The position numbers and the translations under genes are program-made. Below, in pieces: positions 1 through 9,013 of a stretch of DNA of 64,000 nucleotides (position 1 is the first letter of the stretch; every line of letters starts with the position of its first letter). The stretch lies in contig DATJEU010000068.1 in the NCBI GenBank assembly GCA_035496255.1, positions 3,256-67,255 of the forward strand, read 5' to 3'. This stretch comes from Vicinamibacterales bacterium (GTDB lineage Bacteria > Acidobacteriota > Vicinamibacteria > Vicinamibacterales > UBA2999). A model generated the notes under the pieces. The model did no database searches and had not been told where the DNA came from. It saw only the letters and a list, made by a program, of their open reading frames with translations.

Positions 1-2259
1 GACCTGACCGACATCCCGAAGTCGGCGGAACTCTGGGAGAAGGTGATTCGGAAAGTGCGCGCCGGCATGATGCCGCCGGCCGGCATGCCGAGGCCCGACG
101 CGGCGACGCTCGAGGCGTTCGTCTCGACACTCGAGACCACCATCGATCGGGATGCCGCGGCGCACCCGCGTCCGGGCAGAACCGCGCTCCATCGCCTGAA
201 CCGCGCCGAGTACGCCAACGCGATTCACGATCTGCTGGCACTCGACGTCGACACCGCCACGCTGCTGCCGCCCGACGATGAGAGCAGCGGCTTCGACAAT
301 ATCGCCGACGTGCTGACGGTGTCGCCGTCGCTGATGGAGCGGTATCTGTCGGCGTCCTGGAACATCAGCCGCATGGCGATGGGCAACACCGCGATTGCGC
401 CGAGCACGATGACGTACCGGGTCAAGCCCGATCTCTCCCAGGATCAGCACATCGACGGCTTGCCGCCGGGCACACGTGGCGGCCTGCTGGTGGAACACGA
501 GTTCCCGGTTGACGGCGAGTACGTCATCAAGCTGCGCCTCTGGCGCAACACCTTCGATCTGATGCGCGGCATGGAAGACCCGCACGAGATCGAGATTGCA
601 CTCGACGGCGTGCGCATTCAGTCCACGGTGGCCGGCGGCAAGGACGACTTCACGCGGATGGCGTCGAACCCCGGCGAGTTCGGCACCGATCTGGACAAGC
701 GGCTCACCATCCGCCTGCCGGTGAAGGCGGGCACCCATCGCCTCTGGGCGACCACCGTCCTCAAGAGCCACGCGCCGCGCGACGATTTGATCAAGCCGTT
801 CGCGCGCACGACCGTGGACGGCCTCGACATCATGGGCGATCCATCGGTCGATCGCCTGACGGTCGAAGGTCCGTTTGCGGCATCAGGACCGGGGGATACG
901 GCGTCGCGTCGCAAGATCCTGGTGTGCCGTCCGCCTTCGCGCTCCGCGCTACGGCGAGAGGCGGCCGCCGGCGCGTCAGCGCCCGTGAGCACGTCCGAAG
1001 AAACGGCATGTGCACGCCGAATCGTGACCACACTCGCGCGCCAGGCGTATCGCAAGCCGGTGGATGCGGAGACCGTCGGCGTGATGATGGACTTCTACAG
1101 CCGTGCACGGAAGGAAGGCGGGAACTTCGATCGCGGAATCGAAGCGGCGCTGCAGTTCATACTCGCCAGCCCGGAGTTTCTCTTCCGCGTCGAGCCCGAG
1201 CCGAAGCTCGATGCCGCGAAAACCGCGTACCCGCTCGACGATCTGTCTCTCGCTTCGCGTCTGTCGTTCTTCCTCTGGAGCAGCCTGCCGGATGAACCGC
1301 TGATTGCGGCGGCGGAGCAAGGCAAGCTGAAACAGCCGGCGGTGCTCGAACAGCAGGTGCGCCGGATGCTCGCGGATCCGAAGTCGAAGACGCTGATCGA
1401 CAACTTCGCGGAACAGTGGCTGCACCTGCGCAACCTGAAGAACACGAATCCGGATCTCACCGCCTTCCCTGATTTCGACGACAACCTGCGGCAGGCGATG
1501 AAGGAAGAAACCGAGCTCTTCTTCCAGAGCATCATGCGCGAGGATCGCAGCGTGATGGACCTGCTCAATGCCGACTACACGTTCGTCAACGAGCGGCTGG
1601 CGCGCCACTACGGCATCCCGGATGTCTACGGCAGCCGGTTCCGCCGCGTGAAGATCACCGACGAGCGGCGGCGCGGCCTGCTCGGGCAGGCGAGCATCCT
1701 GACGGTGACGTCATATCCGAATCGCACGTCGCCGGTGGAGCGCGGCAAGTGGATTCTCACGAACCTGCTCGGTGTTCCGCCGCAACCGCCGCCGCCGAAC
1801 GTGCCGGCGCTGCAGGACAGCGGTCCGAACGGCTCGCTGCGCGAGCGGATGGAACGTCACCGCGCCTCGCCGACGTGCGCCGGCTGTCATCGCGTGATGG
1901 ATCCGATCGGCTTCGCGCTCGAGAACTTCGACGGCACCGGCCGCTGGCGCGAGCAGGACGACGGCCTGCGGATTGATCCCGCGGGCATGTTGTTCACCGG
2001 CGCGAAGGTCGATGGCGTGGCCTCACTGCGCGCTGACATCGCGAAGCGGCCCGAGGTCTTCGTCGGCGTCTTCACCGAGAAGATGCTGACCTACGCGCTC
2101 GGCCGCGGTCTCGAGTACTACGACATGCCAGCCGTCCGCCGCATCGTCCACGACGCGCGCGCGACCAACTATCGCTTCTCGTCGATCGTGCTGGGCGTGG
2201 TGAAGAGCGTTCCGTTCGACATGAAGGCGGTGAAGGACACGACGAGGGAGACCCGATGA
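1..2259 (+). CDS. DUF1592/DUF1588-type multidomain protein (planctomycete-cytochrome-like family), 5' end cut by window edge
   Basis: Frame is open from base 1 (DLTDIPKSAELWEKVIRKVRAGMMPP) to TGA 2257-2259. Recalled family motifs: FLWSSLPDEPL, FAEQWLHLRNL, CAGCHRVMDPIGFALENFD. Stop overlaps the next ATG (ATGA). Confidence 0.85.
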   Translation, partial: DLTDIPKSAELWEKVIRKVRAGMMPPAGMPRPDAATLEAFVSTLETTIDRDAAAHPRPGRTALHRLNRAEYANAIHDLLALDVDTATLLPPDDESSGFDNIADVLTVSPSLMERYLSASWNISRMAMGNTAIAPSTMTYRVKPDLSQDQHIDGLPPGTRGGLLVEHEFPVDGEYVIKLRLWRNTFDLMRGMEDPHEIEIALDGVRIQSTVAGGKDDFTRMASNPGEFGTDLDKRLTIRLPVKAGTHRLWATTVLKSHAPRDDLIKPFARTTVDGLDIMGDPSVDRLTVEGPFAASGPGDTASRRKILVCRPPSRSALRREAAAGASAPVSTSEETACARRIVTTLARQAYRKPVDAETVGVMMDFYSRARKEGGNFDRGIEAALQFILASPEFLFRVEPEPKLDAAKTAYPLDDLSLASRLSFFLWSSLPDEPLIAAAEQGKLKQPAVLEQQVRRMLADPKSKTLIDNFAEQWLHLRNLKNTNPDLTAFPDFDDNLRQAMKEETELFFQSIMREDRSVMDLLNADYTFVNERLARHYGIPDVYGSRFRRVKITDERRRGLLGQASILTVTSYPNRTSPVERGKWILTNLLGVPPQPPPPNVPALQDSGPNGSLRERMERHRASPTCAGCHRVMDPIGFALENFDGTGRWREQDDGLRIDPAGMLFTGAKVDGVASLRADIAKRPEVFVGVFTEKMLTYALGRGLEYYDMPAVRRIVHDARATNYRFSSIVLGVVKSVPFDMKAVKDTTRETR

Positions 2260-3605
2260 CGATGATCTTCAGGAAGCATCTGTCGCGGCGCACGTTCCTG
2301 CGCGGGGTCGGGGCCACGGTCTCGCTGCCGCTGCTCGATGCCATGGTGCCCGCGTCCACGGTGCTGGCGCAGACCGCGGCGAAGCCGCAGGTCCGGCTCG
2401 GACTCTGCTTCATGCCGCATGGCGCGGTGATGGCGAACTGGACGCCGGCGAACCCGGGACCGCTGGAGCTGTCGTCGATCCTCTCGCCGCTCGCGGAGCA
2501 TCGCGATCGCGTCGTGGTGCTGAGCAATCTCGCGCACGCGATGGCCGGCCCGCAGGGACCTGGCGACAACGGCGGCGATCACACGCGCTGTCCGGCGGTG
2601 TTCCTCAACGGAGTGCATCCGAAGCGCACCGACGGCGCCGACATTCAGGCAGGTACGACCATCGATCAGATTGCCGCGCAGAAGATCGGACAGCAGACGC
2701 TGCTGCCGTCGCTCGAACTGGCGATCGAGGACTATAGCGGTCTCGTTGGCTCGTGCGACGTCGGCTTCAGTTGCACCTACATGAACACGATCTCGTGGCG
2801 GACGCCGACCTCGCCGCTCCCGATGGAGATCAACCCGCGCGTCGTGTTCGACCGGATGTTCGGTGATGGCGCGAGCACCGAGGAGCGCCTGCAGCGCATC
2901 GAGACGCAACGCAGCATCCTGGACGCGATCACCGGCCAGGTGCGGCGGCTGCAGGGCGACCTCGGCTCGCGGGATCGCAATCGCGTAGCGGAGTATCTGG
3001 ATGCCGTGCGAGAGATCGAACGCCGGATCCAACTGGCGGAGAAGCAGGCCTCGAACCCGAATCTCGACGTGCCGGCTACGCCCGCCGGCATTCCTGACAA
3101 CCACGAGGATCACATCAAGCTGATGGCCGACCTGATGGCCGTGGCGTTCCAGGCGGACATCACGCGCATCTCGACGTTCATGATGGCGCGCGAAGTGAGC
3201 TATCGGACCTTCCCGCAGATCGGGATTTCGGAAGCGTTCCACCCGGCGTCGCACCACCAGAACAATCCGCAGCGGCTGGAGCAACTGACGAAGATCAACA
3301 CCTACAACGTCAAGGTGTTCAGCCATCTGCTCGATCGCCTGCAGGCGACACCCGACGGCGACGGCACGCTGCTCGATCACTCGCTGATTCTCTACGGCAG
3401 CGCGATGAGCAACAGCAACATCCACAATCACGGCCCGCTGCCGATCCTGGTGGCCGGTGGTGCCGCCGGCAAGATGAAAGGCGGGCGGCACCTCGTGTAT
3501 CCGGAGAACACGCCGATGTCGAACCTGCTGCTGACGATCCTCGACAAGGCCGGCGTGCCGGCAGAGAAGGTCGGCGACAGCACAGGAGTGTTGGCGGAGC
3601 TGTAA
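2256..3605 (+). CDS. DUF1552 domain protein with twin-arginine (Tat) signal
   Basis: ATG 2256 overlaps the upstream stop, with GGGAG 6 nt upstream. N-terminus SRRTFLRGVGATVSLPLL is Tat-like. DUF1552 is the usual partner of DUF1592 genes. Confidence 0.85.
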   Translation: MTMIFRKHLSRRTFLRGVGATVSLPLLDAMVPASTVLAQTAAKPQVRLGLCFMPHGAVMANWTPANPGPLELSSILSPLAEHRDRVVVLSNLAHAMAGPQGPGDNGGDHTRCPAVFLNGVHPKRTDGADIQAGTTIDQIAAQKIGQQTLLPSLELAIEDYSGLVGSCDVGFSCTYMNTISWRTPTSPLPMEINPRVVFDRMFGDGASTEERLQRIETQRSILDAITGQVRRLQGDLGSRDRNRVAEYLDAVREIERRIQLAEKQASNPNLDVPATPAGIPDNHEDHIKLMADLMAVAFQADITRISTFMMAREVSYRTFPQIGISEAFHPASHHQNNPQRLEQLTKINTYNVKVFSHLLDRLQATPDGDGTLLDHSLILYGSAMSNSNIHNHGPLPILVAGGAAGKMKGGRHLVYPENTPMSNLLLTILDKAGVPAEKVGDSTGVLAEL

Positions 3606-3613
3606 GGACAGGC

Positions 3614-3716
3614 AACTCCCAATTCCCAACGTCTCACGCGTGTCCAACTCCCAAACGGCTCGGATGCGGGTGCAGTTGGGTATTGGGCACGCGTCAGATG
3701 TTGGGCGTCGGGAGTT
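3614..3716. repeat. Imperfect ~100-bp palindrome built from AACTCCC/AATTCCC-type heptamers (family copy 1)
   Basis: Left arm aactcccaattcccaacgtctcacgcgtg... pairs with right arm ...cacgcgtcagatgttgggcgtcgggagtt. The first 17 nt are identical to the element at 61820. Confidence 0.8.
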
Positions 3717-3733
3717 ATCGAAGGTCACGCAGT

Positions 3734-5263
3734 ATGCGAAAACACAGGATTTGGACGTGCCTCGTTGCCATGTTGCTCGTGCCGCCGGGCCTCCTGCGGG
3801 CCGCCGGACCTGAAGTCACGAGCGCAGCGGCCCTCGCCGATGCGGCGCAACGCAAAGACCTCGTGGTCGTGCGCGCGTTGCTGGCGAAGAAGGCGAACGT
3901 CAACGCCGCGCAGCCCGACGGCACGACGGCGCTTCATTGGGCGGTGCACTGGAACGACGTCGAGGCGGCGAAGCTGCTGCTGCGCGCGGGCGCCAATCCC
4001 GCGGTGAAGAACCGATTCGGTGCGTCGCCGTTGTCGGAGGCCGCGAATGCCGGGAGCGCCGAACTGGTCGGCGCGATGCTCGAAGCGGGAGCCGACGCGA
4101 AGATGCTGGCGACCGCGGACGGCGAGACGGTCCTGATGTCGGCGGCGCGCGCGGGCAGCGTCGATGCCGTGCGGCTGCTCGTCGATCACGGTGCCGACGT
4201 CAATGCGCGTGAGCGCTACAAGGGGCAGACGGCGTTGATGTGGGCCGCCGCCGAGCGGCATCCGGCCGTCGTCAAGCTGCTGCTGGATCGCGGCGCCGAC
4301 TGGAAGGTGCGCTCGTACGATCGCGAGACCAAGCCGCCGAAGCTGAGCGCCGCCTCTTCGATCTCGCCGATTGCCCGCGGCGGCTTCACCGCGCTGCTGT
4401 TCTCGGCGCGCGAAGGCGACATCGAGAGCGCGCGCGTCATGCTCGATCATGGCGTCGACATCAACTACGGCGACGTCGACAGCGCGACGGCACTGACCGT
4501 CGCGATCATGAACAAGCAGTTCACGTTCGCGAAGTTCCTCATCGACCGCGGTGCCGACGTCAACATCGTCGAGGCCAGCGGGCGGACGCCGCTCTACGCC
4601 ATCATCGATATCCGCAACGAGGACTATTCAGCGCTGCCGAATCGTCCGCTGGTCGACCCGCTTCCCAGCCTCGACATCATCAAGGCGCTCCTCGATCACG
4701 GCGCCAGGGTCGATGTGCCGTTGACGAAGCCGATGCCGGGCCGCAGCGGCATGGATTCCGGCGACACGACGCTCGGCCCCGGTTCGACGGCGTTGATGCG
4801 CGCGGCGCGGGCCGGCGATCACGAAGTGATGCAGATGCTGCTGGCCAGGGGCGCGGATCCGAAGCTGACAACCAAGGATGGCAACAACGTCCTGATGCTG
4901 GCGGCGGGCGTCGGGTATCGCGACAAGAACACGAAGGGAAGCGAGAGCGATGCGCTCGAGGCGGTGAAGGTGGCGCTCGCCGCCGGTCTCGACCTCCACG
5001 AGAAGAACGGCAAGGGTGAGACGGCGCTGCACGGCGCCGCTTCGCGCGGCGCCGACACCATCGTCCAGTTCCTGCTCGAAAACGGTGCGGAGATCAATCT
5101 GGCCAGCAACCAGGGCTACACGCCGCTCGACGTCGCGATGGGGAAGGCGGTCGTCGGCCAGTTGCCGGTGCCGCACGACAGCACGGTGGCGCTGTTGAAA
5201 AAGGCCGGCGGCAAGGAAGGACCGGGCCGGTCAGCGCTCGCACCGCCGCCCGGCGTGCAGTGA
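3734..5263 (+). CDS. Secreted ankyrin-repeat protein
   Basis: Start trimmed to ATG 3734 (MRKHRIWTCLVAMLLVPPGLLRAAG signal-like); the upstream TTG start lies inside the palindrome. Multiple ANK units (GxTALHWAV, GADVNA, LLDRGAD, GETALHGAA). Confidence 0.85.
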   Translation: MRKHRIWTCLVAMLLVPPGLLRAAGPEVTSAAALADAAQRKDLVVVRALLAKKANVNAAQPDGTTALHWAVHWNDVEAAKLLLRAGANPAVKNRFGASPLSEAANAGSAELVGAMLEAGADAKMLATADGETVLMSAARAGSVDAVRLLVDHGADVNARERYKGQTALMWAAAERHPAVVKLLLDRGADWKVRSYDRETKPPKLSAASSISPIARGGFTALLFSAREGDIESARVMLDHGVDINYGDVDSATALTVAIMNKQFTFAKFLIDRGADVNIVEASGRTPLYAIIDIRNEDYSALPNRPLVDPLPSLDIIKALLDHGARVDVPLTKPMPGRSGMDSGDTTLGPGSTALMRAARAGDHEVMQMLLARGADPKLTTKDGNNVLMLAAGVGYRDKNTKGSESDALEAVKVALAAGLDLHEKNGKGETALHGAASRGADTIVQFLLENGAEINLASNQGYTPLDVAMGKAVVGQLPVPHDSTVALLKKAGGKEGPGRSALAPPPGVQ

Positions 5264-5289
5264 ATCACACCGCGTAGAGGTGTGCGACC

Positions 5290-5344
5290 AGGCCGACCTG
5301 AAGGTCGGCTTCTACGACCGCAGTGGCGGGTCTTCAGACCCGCC
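5290..5344. repeat. Two adjacent REP-like hairpins between convergent genes
   Basis: 5290-5315 read on the minus strand is GTAGAAGCCGACCTTCAGGTCGGCCT. 5325-5344 is ggcgggtc-ttca-gacccgcc (8-bp stem). Related copies at 19512, 22950 and 33446-33530. Confidence 0.8.
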
Positions 5345-5355
5345 CTCCGCACGCG

Positions 5356-5583
5356 CTAATTGCGCGAACACGCGCCGGCGCCGCGCGGGTCGCCGCAGGC
5401 ACCGCACGGACCAGCCGCCGGCATCGACGTCATCGCACTCGACGCGGTATGCGCCGCGAACGTCGATTGACGCCGTTCCAGATCCGACCCGTGGCATGAC
5501 GGGCACTCAGGCGTCTGCGAACCGCGCACCAGCACCTCGAACCGCCGGTCGCATTCCCGGCACACGTATTCGAACAAAGGCAT
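5356..5583 (-). CDS. FmdB-family zinc-ribbon protein (CxxC...CxxC)
   Basis: Start trimmed to MPLFEYVCRECDRRFEVLVRGSQTPECPSCHG, the classic FmdB/CxxC_CxxC_SSSS N-terminus. The C-terminus has a further CGACG. Confidence 0.75.
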   Translation of the reverse strand: MPLFEYVCRECDRRFEVLVRGSQTPECPSCHGSDLERRQSTFAAHTASSAMTSMPAAGPCGACGDPRGAGACSRN

Positions 5584-5681
5584 GCGTGTATTGTCACCGC
5601 ACCTCCGCTGACAGGCCAGGCACGCGGAATAGCTGCCAGGGTTGGCGTCGTGCATGCACGCGCTGCGATGAGGAGATCGAG

Positions 5682-5831
5682 ATGATTCGAAAGCTCAGCT
5701 CGGGTGAGTATCGTCTCTATTCGCGCAAGAAGAATCCGAAGACCGGCCGTCGCCGCAACCTCGGCACGTTCAGCAGCCGTGCCGCCGCCGAGAAGCACGA
5801 GCGCGACGTGCAGTTCTTCAAGCGCCACTGA
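5682..5831 (+). CDS. Small basic hypothetical protein (49 aa)
   Basis: ATG 5682 is preceded by AGGAG (5671-5675). Product MIRKLSSGEYRLYSRKKNPKTGRRRNLGTFSSRAAAEKHERDVQFFKRH resembles a small conserved family I recall from other soil bacteria. The rest of ORF 5280-5831 is antisense to the FmdB gene. Confidence 0.55.
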   Translation: MIRKLSSGEYRLYSRKKNPKTGRRRNLGTFSSRAAAEKHERDVQFFKRH

Positions 5832-5872
5832 AAGGAAGCTTGGGAGGCCGGTCCGGATCTCACGCCCTGGTC

Positions 5873-7396
5873 TCAGTTCTTTTGCGTGAGACCCGCTCCC
5901 TCTGCGCCCTCCGCTACTCCGCGGAGCTGCGCATCGACTTCGCGGCCGACGCGTGCGATCACCGCTGGAATCGCATCGACGTCCGCTTCCGACGTGCGGA
6001 AGTTCACGATGCAGGCGCGGAGAGCAAACAGGCCGTGGACGATGGCACTCGAGAGGAACAGTTCACCGCTGCGCTCGATTCGCGACAGTAGTTCCTGATT
6101 GAGGCGCGAGATGTACTTCTGCGCTTCGGGATCCGACGCAGGGCGCAGATCCAGCGGCACGTAACGGAACGTCGCGATGCTGAGGTGCTGTGACAGCGCT
6201 TCGAGCTCCGCGTGCCCGCTCACCGAGTCGTGCAGCCGACGCGAGAGCCGCATGTCGTCCCCGATCATGTCCAGGCATCCCGAGGCCCCGGCCTGACGCA
6301 GCGCGAGCCACACCTTCAACGCGCGGAAGCCGCGCGAATTCTGCGGGCCGTAGTCGAAGTAGTTCGTGACGTCGTGATCGAAGTGGTAGTAGTCGGGATG
6401 GTACGAGAACGCCTGTAACAGATGCGCAGGTCGACGGACCAGCGCGCAGCCGGCCTCGAGCGGCGCGTACAGCCACTTGTGCGGATCGACCGCGACTGAA
6501 TCCGCCATGGCCATGGCCTGGAGATCCACCGGCGCGCCCGGCACGCGTGCGGCGAACGCGCCATACGCGCCGTCGACGTGAAACCAGAGATCGTGACGAC
6601 GGCACACATCGGCGATCGCGGCCAGCGGATCGACAGCCCCGGTGCTGACGGTCCCCGCGGTGCCGACGACGAGGAAGGGCAACCCGCCAGCCGCGCGATC
6701 GGCGAGGATCTGCGACTGGAGCGCTGTCATGTCCATCCGCTGATCCCCGTCAGTCGGGATCCATCGAATCGCGTCGGTGCCGAGTCCGAACAGGTCTGCG
6801 GCCTTGTGAATCCAGGTGTGCGTTTCGGTCGAGACGTACACACGCAGAGGTTGTGGCAGCGAGCGCAGTCCGGCACGGCGGGTGCCGGCGGGCGCCTTCG
6901 CCGCGCGCGCGGCGAGGAAGCAGACGAAGTTCGCCATGTTGCCGCCGCTCACCAGCAGACCGCCGGCATCGGTCGGAACGCCGATCAATTCCGCGATCCA
7001 GCGAATCGTCTGCGCTTCGATCTCGGTGGCCAGCGGCGACAGCCGCCATGCGCCCACGTTCTGATTGACGGCTGATGCGAGCAGGTCGGCGAGCGCTCCG
7101 ATCGGTGCCGGACTGGAGGTGACGTAGCCGAAGAAGCGCGGATGTCCGTTGAAGAGCGAGTGTCGGAACAGCAGCCCCGCCGTGTCGGCCAGCAGCGCGC
7201 CGGCGTCGGCGCTGCCGGATGGCGGCAGCGCCTGATCCGCGCCGAGTACGTCGCGGATCGCCGATGGCGCCTGATCGCGAACGATCGGTCCCTCCGGCAT
7301 CGCCGCGAGCCAGTCCGCGATTTGATCCACGAGCGCATGTCCGGCGGCACGAAACGCCGTGTCAGACATGTCGATTGGCGCACGCCGCGTCGTCAT
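5873..7396 (-). CDS. Pyridoxal-dependent (group II) amino-acid decarboxylase
   Basis: Motifs HPRFFGYV, SGGNMANF and the PLP-lysine motif VDPHKWLYAP. Start set at MTTRRAPID because its ATG overlaps the upstream stop (ATGA at 7393-7396). Confidence 0.9.
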   Translation of the reverse strand: MTTRRAPIDMSDTAFRAAGHALVDQIADWLAAMPEGPIVRDQAPSAIRDVLGADQALPPSGSADAGALLADTAGLLFRHSLFNGHPRFFGYVTSSPAPIGALADLLASAVNQNVGAWRLSPLATEIEAQTIRWIAELIGVPTDAGGLLVSGGNMANFVCFLAARAAKAPAGTRRAGLRSLPQPLRVYVSTETHTWIHKAADLFGLGTDAIRWIPTDGDQRMDMTALQSQILADRAAGGLPFLVVGTAGTVSTGAVDPLAAIADVCRRHDLWFHVDGAYGAFAARVPGAPVDLQAMAMADSVAVDPHKWLYAPLEAGCALVRRPAHLLQAFSYHPDYYHFDHDVTNYFDYGPQNSRGFRALKVWLALRQAGASGCLDMIGDDMRLSRRLHDSVSGHAELEALSQHLSIATFRYVPLDLRPASDPEAQKYISRLNQELLSRIERSGELFLSSAIVHGLFALRACIVNFRTSEADVDAIPAVIARVGREVDAQLRGVAEGAEGAGLTQKN

Positions 7397-8166
7397 CGCA
7401 CTCCCTCGAAGAGATCGGACTCGCGCGTGCGCCCGCCATTCACCAGGCTGAACGCCCGGTAGTACTCCTGCACGCCCCAGAGCGCACGATGGTGCTCGTC
7501 GGGCAGTGCCGCGAGGCCGCGATAGATGCTCATCTGCGTCTCGTGACACTGCACCGCGCGCCATACCGTCGGCCACACGTCGCGCGTGTCGATGCGCGCT
7601 GTGATGGCCCAGTCCGGTGCCGGAACGACATGCCGTTCGACGCCGTCGACGGTGCTGGTCAGCTTTTTCAGCGCCGATTCATAGGCTGCCCAGGTCGGGG
7701 CGGCCCACGCAATCTGATAGAGCTTCTGCACGGCACTGCTGCCACCGGCGCGAACGATGGCCGCTGTGGTCAACTGGGAGATCGCCACGTGATCGGGGTG
7801 GCCGTAGGCGCCTTCCGGCCCGAACGTGATCACGACCTGTGGCCGAACCCGGCGCAGGTGATCGGCGATGACGTTCTGCGCCTCCGCGGCGTCCACCGTG
7901 TCGAGCCCGCCATCCGGGTAGCCGAGAATGGTGACGTCGCGCACGCCAAGTTCACGCGCCGCGGCGTGCAGTTCCGCTTCCCGCGTCCTGCCGACCACGT
8001 CCGGTGACGGACGGTCGGTGGCGTCACCGAACCGTCCGCGTTCGCCGCGCGTGGCGGTGACGACTGAGATCTCGACACCCTCCGCCGCGTACCTGGCGAG
8101 CGTCCCGCCGGTCCCGAGCGACTCATCGTCGGGATGAGCGAGGACGCACATCAGCCGTCGTTGCAT
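7393..8166 (-). CDS. PIG-L/LmbE-family N-acetylglucosaminyl deacetylase or amidase
   Basis: N-terminal VLAHPDDESLGTGGTLA zinc-binding motif and HPDH further in. Length of 257 aa is typical for the family. Confidence 0.9.
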   Translation of the reverse strand: MQRRLMCVLAHPDDESLGTGGTLARYAAEGVEISVVTATRGERGRFGDATDRPSPDVVGRTREAELHAAARELGVRDVTILGYPDGGLDTVDAAEAQNVIADHLRRVRPQVVITFGPEGAYGHPDHVAISQLTTAAIVRAGGSSAVQKLYQIAWAAPTWAAYESALKKLTSTVDGVERHVVPAPDWAITARIDTRDVWPTVWRAVQCHETQMSIYRGLAALPDEHHRALWGVQEYYRAFSLVNGGRTRESDLFEGVR

Positions 8167-8181
8167 GCCTCGTCTCGCCGG

Positions 8182-8997
8182 CTATCGCGTGATGACCGTC
8201 TCGAGGTATTCCCCCGGAACCACGAGACCCGCTTCCGATCCGCCGCCGCGAGTCGCCTTGCGCAGCAGTGCCAGCATGTCGCCCTCGAGTGTCCGCCGGC
8301 CGGCTTCATCGAGCGCGAGAAAGGCTTTGTGCGTCGGCCCGTAGTACCGGCGGAAGACGTCGACGAAGTGCTCCGGAGAGCGATAGCGGAACGTGAAGTA
8401 CTGACTCGCGTGCGCGATCGACCCGGCGCCGGCGAACAGCTTCTCCATGTGGGTCCTGGAGCCCCACAACAGCGGCGAGGCGATGCCGGGGGCCGGCGCC
8501 ACGTGCTTCGCGATCGTGCGGAACAGATCACCGATGAAGCCCTCCGGCGTCCACGACGCGAGCCCGATCCGTCCACCCGGCCGGCAGACGCGCAGCAGCT
8601 CTGTTGCCGCCTGCTCCTGCGCGGGCGCGAACATCACGCCGAAGGTCGAGAGGACAGCGTCGAAGCTGGCGTCGGGGAAGGGAAGGTTCTCGGCATCCGC
8701 GACCTGGAAGACGATGTCCAGTCGTTCGGCATCGGCGCGATGGCGTCCGCGTTCGAGCAGGCCGGAGTTGTAGTCGGTCGACGTGACCGCGGCGAAGCGA
8801 CGGGCTGCGGCGAGCGTCGCGTTGCCGTTGCCCGCGGCGACGTCGAGCACGCGTTCACCGGCGCGAAGATCGACGGCTTCGCAGAGCAGCTCGCCGACGA
8901 TCTGGAGCGTCGTGCCGATAATCGCGTAATCGCCCGACGCCCACATCGCCTGCTGCCGCGCCTTGACCGCCGACAAGTCCATCAAAGCAGTGCTCAT
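8182..8997 (-). CDS. Class I SAM-dependent methyltransferase
   Basis: Motif I VLDVAAGNGNA, acidic loop TSTDY and post-I region in a 271-aa protein. Sits 15 nt upstream of the LmbE gene start. Confidence 0.85.
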   Translation of the reverse strand: MSTALMDLSAVKARQQAMWASGDYAIIGTTLQIVGELLCEAVDLRAGERVLDVAAGNGNATLAAARRFAAVTSTDYNSGLLERGRHRADAERLDIVFQVADAENLPFPDASFDAVLSTFGVMFAPAQEQAATELLRVCRPGGRIGLASWTPEGFIGDLFRTIAKHVAPAPGIASPLLWGSRTHMEKLFAGAGSIAHASQYFTFRYRSPEHFVDVFRRYYGPTHKAFLALDEAGRRTLEGDMLALLRKATRGGGSEAGLVVPGEYLETVITR

Positions 8998-9013
8998 GAC
9001 GTGTCTCCTCGTG

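Noticed and set aside
2169-3728. 519-aa minus-strand ORF
   Set aside because: It is antisense to the DUF1552 gene. The product is Arg/His/Asp-rich with no recognisable motif, a typical high-GC shadow ORF. The plus strand has a Tat signal and an ATGA coupling to the upstream gene.
5280-5831. 183-aa plus-strand ORF
   Set aside because: Its first ~134 codons are antisense to the FmdB zinc-ribbon gene and run through REP hairpins. Only the last 49 codons, preceded by AGGAG, look like a gene.
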